In this document: piece by piece, positions 39,810-49,700 of the stretch
How the letters are laid out: the number at the start of each line of letters is the position of its first letter
Position numbering within the stretch: the stretch's first letter is position 1
DNA from: Candidatus Cloacimonadales bacterium
GTDB taxonomy: Bacteria; Cloacimonadota; Cloacimonadia; Cloacimonadales; JAFGVF01
NCBI GenBank assembly: GCA_963677495.2
Contig: CAXXOU010000004.1
Span: 544,001 to 608,000, forward strand
Length of the DNA: 64,000 nucleotides
Direction of reading: 5' to 3'
Program-made: the position numbers and the translations under genes
The notes under the pieces: model-generated
Databases searched by the model: none
Told to the model about the DNA's origin: nothing
What the model saw: only the letters and a program-made list of their open reading frames with translations

Positions 39810-40470
39810 ATTCTCCTTTAAGGGTAGTACTTGCACCGCAACGAATTGTGGGAGAGAACAAACAAAAGAAGCAACACGAAAACACTAAATAGACTAAAAG
39901 GGAATGCGATACATTAGTAATTTCTAAGGAGTATGTCAGTCTGAAAGAAGAAAGGACTTCTTAGAATGGCACCACTGACTCAAGATTAGCTTACCACTCT
40001 TCGCTGAATGCGATATATTCGTTATTTCTAAGGAGTTTGTCAGAGTGAAGCTTGCGAGCGAAAACGGACTTCTTGGAGTGGCAATATAACCGTTATTTAG
40101 CTATAAACTGATAACTGACAAGATTCTTAAAGAAGTCCTTTTTCACTTCGTAAACTTCGTTCTGAAGAACTCCTTTAAGAGTAGTACTTGAATCGCAACG
40201 AAGTGTGATTTGATAATTCCGGTACTCGTGTCCAATTCGTTCTCGCGTCAAGAGCCTTCGCTCATCAGCTACGGCTTCTCAAGTGCTATCGCTACAACGC
40301 AAGTCCGAGATAGTTTCTTCGAAGTGCACCATTCGGAAGGTCTTCGACCATTCAGAAGGTACAGATGATTATTAGGTTTTAGCTCTGAAGGAGCTACTGT
40401 TTAATAGCCCCATGCGTGAGCGTGGGGTTATGAATCCCCCCAAAAATTATGGAGCCCTGTAGGGGCGAAA
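39810..40470. repeat. Intergenic mosaic of REP-like hairpins
   Basis: Three variants of the ggagtttgtc...ggacttc hairpin (~39922-39967, ~40025-40080, inverted ~40122-40178); element 40189-40365; agctctgaaggagct...agccccatgcgtgagcgtggggt...agccctgtaggggcg (40381-40467). Confidence 0.8.
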
Positions 40471-40553
40471 GAGAAACAGCAATAAAATAAACCATTTGAC
40501 AAACAAAATATAGCTATTACAAATAACATATCCGGTATCTGTAAGGAGTTCTG

Positions 40554-43136
40554 ATGAAAAAGATTGTATTGTATATTCTATGTTTAATGCCTTTAATATT
40601 ATATTCAACAATTTGGCATGTGAATCAAGATGGAACAGGAGATTTCGTTTCTATCCAAGCTGCTGTGAACAATGCGAATAATGATGATACAATTTTGATT
40701 CATGAGGGTGTCTATTATGAACATGTGCAAACAAGTAACAAACCTTTAACATATGCAAGTTTATTCTATCTGGATAGTGATGAATCGCATATTGGTAATA
40801 CAATTTTGGATGGGCAACACTCGCATCCGCTAATGACACATGATAATGATGTTTTCGGGAGTAACATATCCATTATTGGGTTAACATTTAGGAATGGGAA
40901 TAGAGAGGAAGCTACAGATACGTACTGTGGCGGAGGTGCTATAGGAGTTCAAAGAGCTACGCTTACATTAAACGACTGTAGTATTTACAATAACTATGGG
41001 ATTATTGGAGGTGGAGTATTCACTCGAAACTGCCAAGTCTTTCTTGCTGGTAATTCGATAAGAAATAATAGAGCGTTTACTGCAGGTGGTGGTGTATCTT
41101 TTATCTTTAATGGAGGAGATAGTTATCCAGTCATCTTTGATGGAATTAATTTGAATAGTTTTTACTCAAATCTTTGTTGGTTTGGTACTGATATGAATCT
41201 TTATCAAATCAATGAGGAACACATCAGCGAGATTGTAGCAGATACTTTGAGTGTTGCAGAATACGATAATTACTGCAATGTTGTAAAAATAAGATTAGGA
41301 TCAACACACAGTAACCTTCCAGTTAATGCAAATACTGAAACTCTTCCTCGTGTTGAGTCCAATCTTTATGTTGCTCCTTGGGGTGATGATAATAATGATG
41401 GGTTAACATCTTTTTCTCCTTTCAAGTCGATAATGCAAGCGTGTATGATTATTTCTCCTAGAGTTGATAGTACTCTAATTATATATTTGCTACCTGGAGA
41501 ATATAATAACTCTAATCAAAGATGTCTACCTGTAAACGTAAGAGATAATACTATCATTTCAGGAGAATCTCCAGAAACAACTATCATCAATTGTGACCAG
41601 ATGACTAGTGCTTTTATTAACAGAGTCGGATCATGCAATTTTGAAATTGAGAATCTATCAATAATAAACTGTAGTGTCGGTGCTGATAATTATTATTCTT
41701 CTATTAGTCTTAATACTTCTCAGTATCCATCAAAAGTTAAAATTCGAAACTCCAAATTTTATAATGACTACATGTATCAAAGCACAGAAGCTCAATTTTA
41801 CGTTAATGTTGTCGGTGTCACGTTGGATATATGTGATACAGAATTTGGTAACGAAAACTTGGAAGCCTTGATTCCTCAAAAATCTGTCTTTTGTAATGAA
41901 GACTATTTTTCTCAAGATTTTAACAGTATAAGTAATTGCACATTTTATGGGCAAAATGAGACTATTTGTTTTAGTTCTCAATTCAATTCGAACTTGCTCA
42001 TTTCAAATTGTTTATTTGATTATTCTCAAACTTATAACTACGAGGCAGATCCGTTTCTTGTGAGATATGGAATAGCAATTGAAGGAAAGGTTGATGCTAA
42101 TATTATCAATAATACATTTTACGGAAATCATCCAGCTGGGCAATTAGATGGTCTAATTACGATCATATATTCAAATTATGATACAGGTGGGAATAATGTT
42201 AATGTTAAAAATAATATAATGATTGATAATTTTACTCCTACCAGTAATAACTCAGTGTATGTAGATAATCACTATGGTCCTTGGGCAACAAATGTTAATG
42301 TAGGTAACAATTTAGTCTTAGGAGGGGAAAGCACAGTTGGTTATCCCAATTGGGAAGAAGTGACTTTTAACTACGAAGATACGAACATTGATACAATACC
42401 TCATTTCACAGGATATGGAGTAAACAGATTTATGCTGGATGATGATTCTCCTTGTATAGATGAAGGTACACTGAATCTACCTGATGGATTCGAACAACCT
42501 GAAACTGATTTGGTAGGTAATCCTCGTGTGCATGGTGAGAGTATAGATATGGGTTGTTATGAATGGCAAGGGAATGTAGCTGATTTCACAATGCAGGCAA
42601 TGGGGAATGTGTTCCCTATTGATGTTGTGTTTACTCCACACTACAACTTCCCAATTGATACAATTGCCTGGGACCTTGATCTTGATGGTGTGATTGATAG
42701 CTATGAGATGAATCCAGTCTGGTCATATCCTGATTTCTCTGGACATAATGTTGGCATGTACATAAATGATGGGGAAGCTATTGAGATTAAGTATGACTGC
42801 ATACAGCCTACTACCCCGATATTAGAAGAAACGAACGATACACCTGAAGCTAATGAGTTATTAGCTTGTTATCCTAATCCCGTGCGAATCTCAACTGGTA
42901 ATGTTATACTGAAGTACAATGTCAAAGATGTTGGAAACGCAGAGTTGAAGGTATACAATATCAAAGGTCAAATGGTGAAATCCATTAAGGTTAAAAGTCA
43001 ACGTAAAGGGCGTAATACTATCTTCTGGTATCTTACTGATAATCGGGGTGTGCATGTCTCTTCGGGAGTGTATCTCTACAATCTTGAACAGAATGGTGAA
43101 AGTATAGGTAAAGGTCAGATAACGGTGGTGAAATAG
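40554..43136 (+). CDS. Secreted parallel beta-helix (pectin-lyase-like/DUF1565) protein with PKD-like and FlgD/T9SS-like C-terminal domains
   Basis: Signal peptide; DGTGDFVSIQAAV, GGGAI/GGGV repeats, LYVAPWGDDNNDG..PFKSI, SPCIDEG...IDMGCYE, YPNP...VYNIKGQ...SSGVY. Confidence 0.8.
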   Translation: MKKIVLYILCLMPLILYSTIWHVNQDGTGDFVSIQAAVNNANNDDTILIHEGVYYEHVQTSNKPLTYASLFYLDSDESHIGNTILDGQHSHPLMTHDNDVFGSNISIIGLTFRNGNREEATDTYCGGGAIGVQRATLTLNDCSIYNNYGIIGGGVFTRNCQVFLAGNSIRNNRAFTAGGGVSFIFNGGDSYPVIFDGINLNSFYSNLCWFGTDMNLYQINEEHISEIVADTLSVAEYDNYCNVVKIRLGSTHSNLPVNANTETLPRVESNLYVAPWGDDNNDGLTSFSPFKSIMQACMIISPRVDSTLIIYLLPGEYNNSNQRCLPVNVRDNTIISGESPETTIINCDQMTSAFINRVGSCNFEIENLSIINCSVGADNYYSSISLNTSQYPSKVKIRNSKFYNDYMYQSTEAQFYVNVVGVTLDICDTEFGNENLEALIPQKSVFCNEDYFSQDFNSISNCTFYGQNETICFSSQFNSNLLISNCLFDYSQTYNYEADPFLVRYGIAIEGKVDANIINNTFYGNHPAGQLDGLITIIYSNYDTGGNNVNVKNNIMIDNFTPTSNNSVYVDNHYGPWATNVNVGNNLVLGGESTVGYPNWEEVTFNYEDTNIDTIPHFTGYGVNRFMLDDDSPCIDEGTLNLPDGFEQPETDLVGNPRVHGESIDMGCYEWQGNVADFTMQAMGNVFPIDVVFTPHYNFPIDTIAWDLDLDGVIDSYEMNPVWSYPDFSGHNVGMYINDGEAIEIKYDCIQPTTPILEETNDTPEANELLACYPNPVRISTGNVILKYNVKDVGNAELKVYNIKGQMVKSIKVKSQRKGRNTIFWYLTDNRGVHVSSGVYLYNLEQNGESIGKGQITVVK

Positions 43137-43138
43137 AT

Positions 43139-43179
43139 AATAGCCTATAGCCTAAAGCCTAAAGCCTAAAGCCTATAGC
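43139..43179. repeat. Heptamer tandem repeat (AGCCTAW x5-6)
   Basis: atagcct atagcct aaagcct aaagcct aaagcct atagc immediately after the stop codon. Confidence 0.85.
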
Positions 43180-43251
43180 TGGAGCGGTCGTCTGATGAAA
43201 GTATACTACCTTGAGAATAGTCCTAAGACCTTCTCAATGCTCAGGAAGATG

Positions 43252-43430
43252 TGAATCGCATCGAAGTGCCTGAGAAGCCGTAGCTGATAGGCGAAGGGTC
43301 TTGATTCGCTAATTCCGGTATTCGAAGCCCAATTCGTTCTCACCCCACACTTTGTTGCGGTGCAAGTCCGAGATAGTTTCTTCGAAGTAGACTATTCCCG
43401 AAGGTCTAAATATCATTGGAAAGTAAAGAC
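43252..43430 (+). repeat. Direct copy of the element at 40189-40365
   Basis: Identical 27-mer gcaagtccgagatagtttcttcgaagt at 40299-40325 and 43362-43388, plus flanking homology. Confidence 0.9.
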
Positions 43431-43433
43431 ATT

Positions 43434-43464
43434 AAAAAAGCCTACCGGCAATGTCGATAGGCTT
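43434..43464 (-). terminator. Terminator downstream of tRNA-Leu
   Basis: Minus strand agcctatcgac-att-gccggtaggct-ttttt. Confidence 0.75.
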
Positions 43465-43470
43465 AAGCTT

Positions 43471-43560
43471 TGGTGCTGAAGAAGGGACTTGAACCCCCAC
43501 GTCCTAATTTCGGACACTAGAACCTGAATCTAGCGTGTCTACCAATTCCACCACTCCAGC
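43471..43560 (-). tRNA. tRNA-Leu(CAG)
   Basis: Minus strand GCTGGAG...GGAATTGGTAGAC...CTAGA-TTCAGGT-TCTAG, long variable arm, GGTTCAAGTCC T-arm, CTTCAGC-A-CCA. Confidence 0.95.
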
Positions 43561-43759
43561 ATGAGTGTATTACAGATATTTTTGAACCCTTACTATGTCA
43601 ATAGAAATCTTAACAGTAAAATAGCTACTAATCACTTTGATTATAGGTCAGAGAGTATTGATAGTGAACTAATTTCAATAATATATCAGATTTTCCTTGC
43701 AATATAAAAAATCATAGTGAAAATACGTATTACCAAATCTATAAATCTGTGAGGTGACT

Positions 43760-45043
43760 ATGAGTGAAGCTTTCAATGCCTTTGAGATGGTTCAAAAGCA
43801 ATTTGATTCTATTGCTGATAAACTTGATTTGAACAGTGCAGCAAGAGATTTTCTGAGAAACCCTATGCGAGAATACCATTTCCTTATTCCTGTTAAGATG
43901 GATGATGGTTCAACCAAAGTGTTTAAAGGTTTTAGAATTCAGCACAATGATGCTTTAGGCCCAGCTAAAGGAGGAGTTCGATTTCACCCACTAGAAACAG
44001 TTGATTTAGTCAGAGCTCTAGCAATGTGGATGACTTGGAAAACCTCAGTTGTAGATCTGCCTTTAGGTGGGGGATATGGGGGTGTTATCTGCGATCCTCA
44101 CCATTTATCAATGAGAGAACAGGAGCTGATATGTCGAGGTTGGGTTAGACAGCTTGGTGATAATATAGGACCGTTGAGGGATATACCGGCACCTGATATT
44201 ATGACTTATAGTCAACATATGCTGTGGATTCTTGATGAGTATGAGATGATGCATGGGAAGAAACTTCCGGGTATGATTACAGGCAAACCTGTAGAGTTGG
44301 GTGGTTCATTAGGTAGGACAGAATCGACAGGATACGGACTGATGTTTACAGTACGGGAAGCATTAAGAGAATTAAAGATTCGACCTGATACTACAACAGC
44401 TGTGTTCCAGGGATTTGGTAATGTAACACAACATGCGATTAAGCTTTATAACCAATTAGGTGGTACTGTTCTAGGTGTATCCTCCTGGAACCCTAAACAG
44501 CATACTGCAACACTATATATGAAACCGGAAGGAATAAACCTGAAAGAACTTCAAGAGATAACAGATAGATTTGGAAGCATTGATTGTGATAAAGCTGAAG
44601 AGTTGGGCTATGAACTACTTCCCGGTGACAAATGGATTGAACAGGAATGTGATATACTTGTTCCTTCAGCATTAGAAAACCAGATTACTGTGGAGAATGT
44701 CGGACTCATCAATAAACAGGTTAGAATAATAGCTGAGGGAGCAAATGGACCAACAAGTCCTGCTGCAGACGATATTCTCATGGATAGAGGAATCTTCGTT
44801 ATCCCTGATGTTCTTTGTAATGCCGGTGGAGTTACATGTAGCTATTTCGAGCAGGTTCAGTCAAACATGAACTACTACTGGTCTAAGGATGAAGTTATCA
44901 GCAAGCTGGATGTTAAACTGACTAAAGCATACCATAAGGTTGCTGAACTAGCTCGAAGGAAAAAGCTTTATATGCGTGAAGCAGCCTATATGATCGCAGT
45001 TGACAGAGTAGTACGGGCAGCACAAGAAAGAGGGTGGATATAA
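43760..45043 (+). CDS. Glu/Leu/Phe/Val dehydrogenase homolog, probably catalytically inactive (catalytic Lys replaced by Tyr)
   Basis: GPAKGGVRFHP, MTWK, PAPD, ITGKP..LGGS.GR, EGANGP, NAGGVTCSYFE retained; GG(A/G)KGG reads GGGYGG (TAT at 44075-44077); alternative GTG start at 43754. Confidence 0.9.
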   Translation: MSEAFNAFEMVQKQFDSIADKLDLNSAARDFLRNPMREYHFLIPVKMDDGSTKVFKGFRIQHNDALGPAKGGVRFHPLETVDLVRALAMWMTWKTSVVDLPLGGGYGGVICDPHHLSMREQELICRGWVRQLGDNIGPLRDIPAPDIMTYSQHMLWILDEYEMMHGKKLPGMITGKPVELGGSLGRTESTGYGLMFTVREALRELKIRPDTTTAVFQGFGNVTQHAIKLYNQLGGTVLGVSSWNPKQHTATLYMKPEGINLKELQEITDRFGSIDCDKAEELGYELLPGDKWIEQECDILVPSALENQITVENVGLINKQVRIIAEGANGPTSPAADDILMDRGIFVIPDVLCNAGGVTCSYFEQVQSNMNYYWSKDEVISKLDVKLTKAYHKVAELARRKKLYMREAAYMIAVDRVVRAAQERGWI

Positions 45044-46782
45044 TGAATGAGAAAATGAAATCAGGTCAAAGATTTGATAGATTAAGTGGATTCTTTTCAG
45101 ATACTTTCAGCTACATAGGTAGGGGAGAACCGGGAGGTAAAGCTTCGGGTTTAGCATTCATGCAGGATGTTATTAAGAAGAGATTTCCTGATAATGAGTT
45201 TGATGGAATTAAGATCAATATCCCGAGTATGACAGTTCTCCTTAGTGGTGTATTTGAAGATTTTATGGAGGATAACAATCTCTATGAAATAGCACTTTCT
45301 GATGCGTCTGATGTAGAGATTGCTCTTGAGTTTCAAAGAGCTTCATTAGGAGCAATATACACCGGTGATCTTAGAAGCATTATTGAAAGCATACACCAAC
45401 CTTTAGCTATTCGCTCTTCAAGTATCTTCGAGGATTCAATAGACGACCCCTTTGCCGGTGTCTATGAAACTAAAATGATACCTAATAATCAGATAGATAA
45501 AGATCAAAGGTTTAGAGTATTAATGGAAGCAATTAAGTTTGTATATGCTTCTCTCTTCTTTAAAAACTCTAAGGAGTACTTTCTCTCATTAAACAGAGAT
45601 ATTCGTGATGAGAAGATGGCAATCATAATTCAGGAAGTTGTTGGTAATAGGCATGGTGACCTTTTTTATCCTACAATCTCCGGTGTTGTTAAATCGTATA
45701 ATTTCTACCCAACAAACAATGCAACTCATGAAGAAGGGATAGCTACACTTGCTCTTGGTTTGGGGAAAACCGTTGTAGAAGGGGAGAAGGCTTGGAGTTA
45801 CTCACCTATGCACCCAACAGCACCACCCCCATTTAACAATAATCACGATATATTGAAATACACACAAACTGAGTTCTGGTCAATAAATATGAATCAGGTT
45901 TGCTGTTACGACTCTACTCAGGAGACTGAGTATTTAAGCTACCAATCAATTTACGATGCCGAAGAACATGATACACTTAAGCATATCTGCTCTACGTTCG
46001 ATAGTTTAAACGATAGAATAACTATAGGAACTGCGTATGCCGGTTCACGAATCATTGACTTTTCACCCCTGCTCAAGCTTGACATGATACCTTTGAATCC
46101 TCTTATCAAAGAGTTAATGAAGGTTTGCGAAGAGGAGAGTGGAAATAAGGTCGAGATGGAATTTGCGATGACAATTGATCCTGAAGGATATGATAAACCA
46201 AGGTTTGGATTTCTACAGCTAAGACCAATAAGTATTAGTGATAAGATTGTTGATATTAACGAGAAGTTGTACAATGCAGATAATATGCTCATTAAATCAG
46301 AACAAGTAATGGGAAATGCACAGATTGATAGTATAATTGATATTGTGTTTGTGAAACCTGATTGCTTTGACCCAAAAGCGTCTTTAGAAGTTGCTATGGA
46401 CCTAGCTGAGATAAATGCTGAGTTGATACAGAACAAGAAGCAGTACCTTCTAATGGGATTTGGCAGATGGGGAACATCTGATCCTTGGATGGGAGTACCG
46501 ATTAAATGGTCTCAAATATCAGGAGCAAAAGTCATTGTTGAAGCAATCTTACCTCAAATGAGATTTGATTTCAGTCAGGGATCACATTTCTTCCACAACA
46601 TGACAGCTCATAATGTTATATATTTCTCAGCAAATCTGGAGATGAGTAATGCTATAGACTGGGATTGGCTGAAATCTCATGAAGTTATTGAAGAAACAGA
46701 CTATATTCTTCATGTACGAACGAAGAAACCAATAGAAATATATGCAGATGGGCGTTCGGGTAAAGGAGTAATTCTTAAATGA
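45043..46782 (+). CDS. PEP-synthase/PPDK-type ATP-grasp protein with divergent phospho-His swivel domain and no pyruvate-binding domain
   Basis: GGKASGL, AIRSSS..ED....FAG.Y, IQEVVG, GLG..VV, VEMEFA, FLQLRPI; C-terminal AKVIVE...QGSHFF; start overlaps the gdh stop (TAATG). Confidence 0.85.
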   Translation: MNEKMKSGQRFDRLSGFFSDTFSYIGRGEPGGKASGLAFMQDVIKKRFPDNEFDGIKINIPSMTVLLSGVFEDFMEDNNLYEIALSDASDVEIALEFQRASLGAIYTGDLRSIIESIHQPLAIRSSSIFEDSIDDPFAGVYETKMIPNNQIDKDQRFRVLMEAIKFVYASLFFKNSKEYFLSLNRDIRDEKMAIIIQEVVGNRHGDLFYPTISGVVKSYNFYPTNNATHEEGIATLALGLGKTVVEGEKAWSYSPMHPTAPPPFNNNHDILKYTQTEFWSINMNQVCCYDSTQETEYLSYQSIYDAEEHDTLKHICSTFDSLNDRITIGTAYAGSRIIDFSPLLKLDMIPLNPLIKELMKVCEEESGNKVEMEFAMTIDPEGYDKPRFGFLQLRPISISDKIVDINEKLYNADNMLIKSEQVMGNAQIDSIIDIVFVKPDCFDPKASLEVAMDLAEINAELIQNKKQYLLMGFGRWGTSDPWMGVPIKWSQISGAKVIVEAILPQMRFDFSQGSHFFHNMTAHNVIYFSANLEMSNAIDWDWLKSHEVIEETDYILHVRTKKPIEIYADGRSGKGVILK

Positions 46783-49700
46783 TCCATAGTGGTAACAACC
46801 ATAATCAGTTGGAATCTCAGTTAACAGAAAGACGTAAAGAACTTGCTTGTATCCATAAGATGATAGAAATAACATCTGATTACTCTTCAGACTTTAGTGT
46901 TATATTTAATAGAATACTAGAGATTATCCCCGCAGGATGGCAGTATACTGATACCTGCTTTGCAGAGATTGAGTATATGAATAGTATATACTGTCTTCGC
47001 AAAGATCTTACACCAAAGTATTCCCAACAGAAGTCCTTGAGTATGAATGACAACTATTTCGGTGAGATTAAAGTCTACTACTCTGAAGTTCCCAAAGGCT
47101 TCGAAATAGCACCATTTCTTGATGAAGAGGTAGCATTACTTAGTACTTTGGCAGAGATGTTATCAACATATCTAGTTGTCAGAACTTTTACAGAGAACCT
47201 TGAAACACCTGGGACAAATCCAGAGCTGGAACATAAAGATTGGAAGATAGTACTCAAAATGCTCCAGGATACGGATTATAGATTGTATCTAAAAGTAGCA
47301 CGCAAGTTGATTAACCTTCTTTATCAAAGAGGTATCCCAGAAGTTAAGGAGATATACTACTCTACAGGAATAACAAGATCAGAATCTGACTCAGAGGATA
47401 TCCTCGATGCAAACAAACCTTTGAAAAAGCAAGATTATCTTGATATGGAGGTTGTTAGTAAGAAGGTGTTCGAAATCGCTGAGAATTGTTTACCGAATGA
47501 GGAAGTTCTTGAGTATATTCATAAATGGATTCAAGAGGATAAGTTAAGTTTCCTAATCACTGCATTAGAGGATAAGTATACGTCTCTTGCCGAGCTACAA
47601 GATGTGATTGCAAGATATCAGCATCTTAAGATAAGCAAGGAGAGCTTATCACCATATTCTCAGTTAAATCTGAAAGTGTTACTTATTCAACGACTCTTTA
47701 CATCGCAGTTAGAATTTATTAGAATAGCAAAAAATTACATCCAGATAGAAGATTTCTATGATGTACTTCAACATACTATTTCTCCAAAGAACTCTCATGG
47801 AAGATTAGGAGGTAAAAGTACCGGTTTATTCTTCGCGCATAATATCATAAAGAGCGAGACAGACCTTGAATTTCAGAAAGGTATAAAGACCCCCAAGAGT
47901 TGGTATATAACTTCTGACGCCATGCAGTCTTTTGTGCACTATAACAATCTAGAAGAGGTTATTGAACAGAAATATAAGGATATTGAGCAGATAAGGGCTG
48001 AATATCCCAATATTGTACAGATGTTCAAGAACTCCTATTTCCCACATGATATTGCTAAAGAGCTTTCCCAAGCTCTTGATTCATTCGGAACTTCACCAAT
48101 AATTGTCAGAAGCTCATCATTATTGGAAGATAGTTTTGGTACATCCTTTTCCGGAAAATATAAAAGTCTATTCTTAGCTAATCAGGGCAATAAAAAGGAA
48201 AGGTTAAGTGCTTTAATGGATGCCATTGCTGAAGTATATGCTTCTGTAATTGCTCCTGATCCTATCGAGTATCGAAAGGACCATGGACTTGTAGACTTCC
48301 ATGAAGAGATGGCTATCATGATTCAAGAGGTTGTTGGCACAAAAGTAGGAAACTATTTCCTTCCTGCTTTTGCAGGAGTAGCATTCTCCAATAATGAGTT
48401 CAGATGGTCACCTAGAATCAAAAGGAACGATGGTTTAGTAAGATTAGTTCCGGGCTTAGGGACTAGGGCAGTAGATAGAGTCAGTGATGATTATCCTGTT
48501 TTAGCTTCACCGGGACAGCCTGGTATTAGAGTTAACGCTTCACCGGATGAGATACTAAAATATTCACCTAAGTTCCTAGATCTGATAAATCTCGAAACTA
48601 ATACTTTTGAAACTCTCCCAATTCAAAAAGCACTGAAACTGTTTGAAGATGATTTCCCAATGCTAAACAGAATCTTTAGCGTTAATGAGAATGGTTTTAT
48701 TCACCAAAAAGCAGTATTCAATATTGACTTTGAGAAAGATGACTTAATAGTTACCTTCAGGTCTTTGATGACTGATACAAATTTTATGAAACGGATAAAG
48801 AGAATCTTAGATGTTCTTGAAGACAAAATGTCAACTCCAGTGGATATTGAGTTTGCAGTAATCAACAATGATATCTATCTTCTTCAATGCAGACCTCAAT
48901 GTTTCTCTAAAGAGGTTGAGCCTGCTCCAATTCCTCAGGATATTCCGGAAAAAGAGATTCTGTTTACAGCTCGAAAACATATCTCCAATGGCAGAATCCC
49001 GGAAGTGACACATCTTGTTTATGTAGACCCTACAGAATATACACAGTTAGAGACCTTAGAACAGTTAAAATCTGTTGGTAGGTGTGTCGGAGAGTTGAAT
49101 TCGGTTCTACCAAAGAAGAAATTTATACTGATCGGGCCCGGGAGATGGGGAAGTAAAGGTGATATTAAACTGGGTGTTGATGTCTCCTATTCTGAAATAA
49201 GCAATACATCTGCCTTAATTGAGGTGGCTAAAGAACAAGCAAGCTTTGCTCCTGATCTTTCATTTGGTACTCACTTCTTTCAAGATCTTGTAGAATCAAC
49301 AATTAGGTACATCCCCTTATATCCAGATGAGAAGGATAATGTCTTTAATACTGAGTTCTTCAAGAAGAGTGAGAGTATACTTCCAACCTTGTTACCGAAA
49401 TACTCTGAGCTAGGGAACTGTATAAAAGTTATAGATATTCCGAAAGAAACTGATGGTAATGTACTTAAAATCTTTATGAATGCTGATTTGGAACAGGCAA
49501 TAGCATATTTTGGCGTAGCAGATAACCGAAAAAGAAGTTCAAGTAAGGCTTATTATGAAGATGAAAATACTGATAACTTCTGGTTATGGAGATTACAAAT
49601 GGCAGAATTTCTTGCCTCACAATTAGATGCTAAAAGATATGGTGTGGTTAATTTATACATTTTTGGTAGCGTTAAAAACGCTACTGCCGGACCGGGTAGT

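Noticed and set aside
43471..43560. Prophage or genomic island integrated at tRNA-Leu
   Set aside because: No integrase, phage genes or duplicated tRNA 3' end seen in the window.
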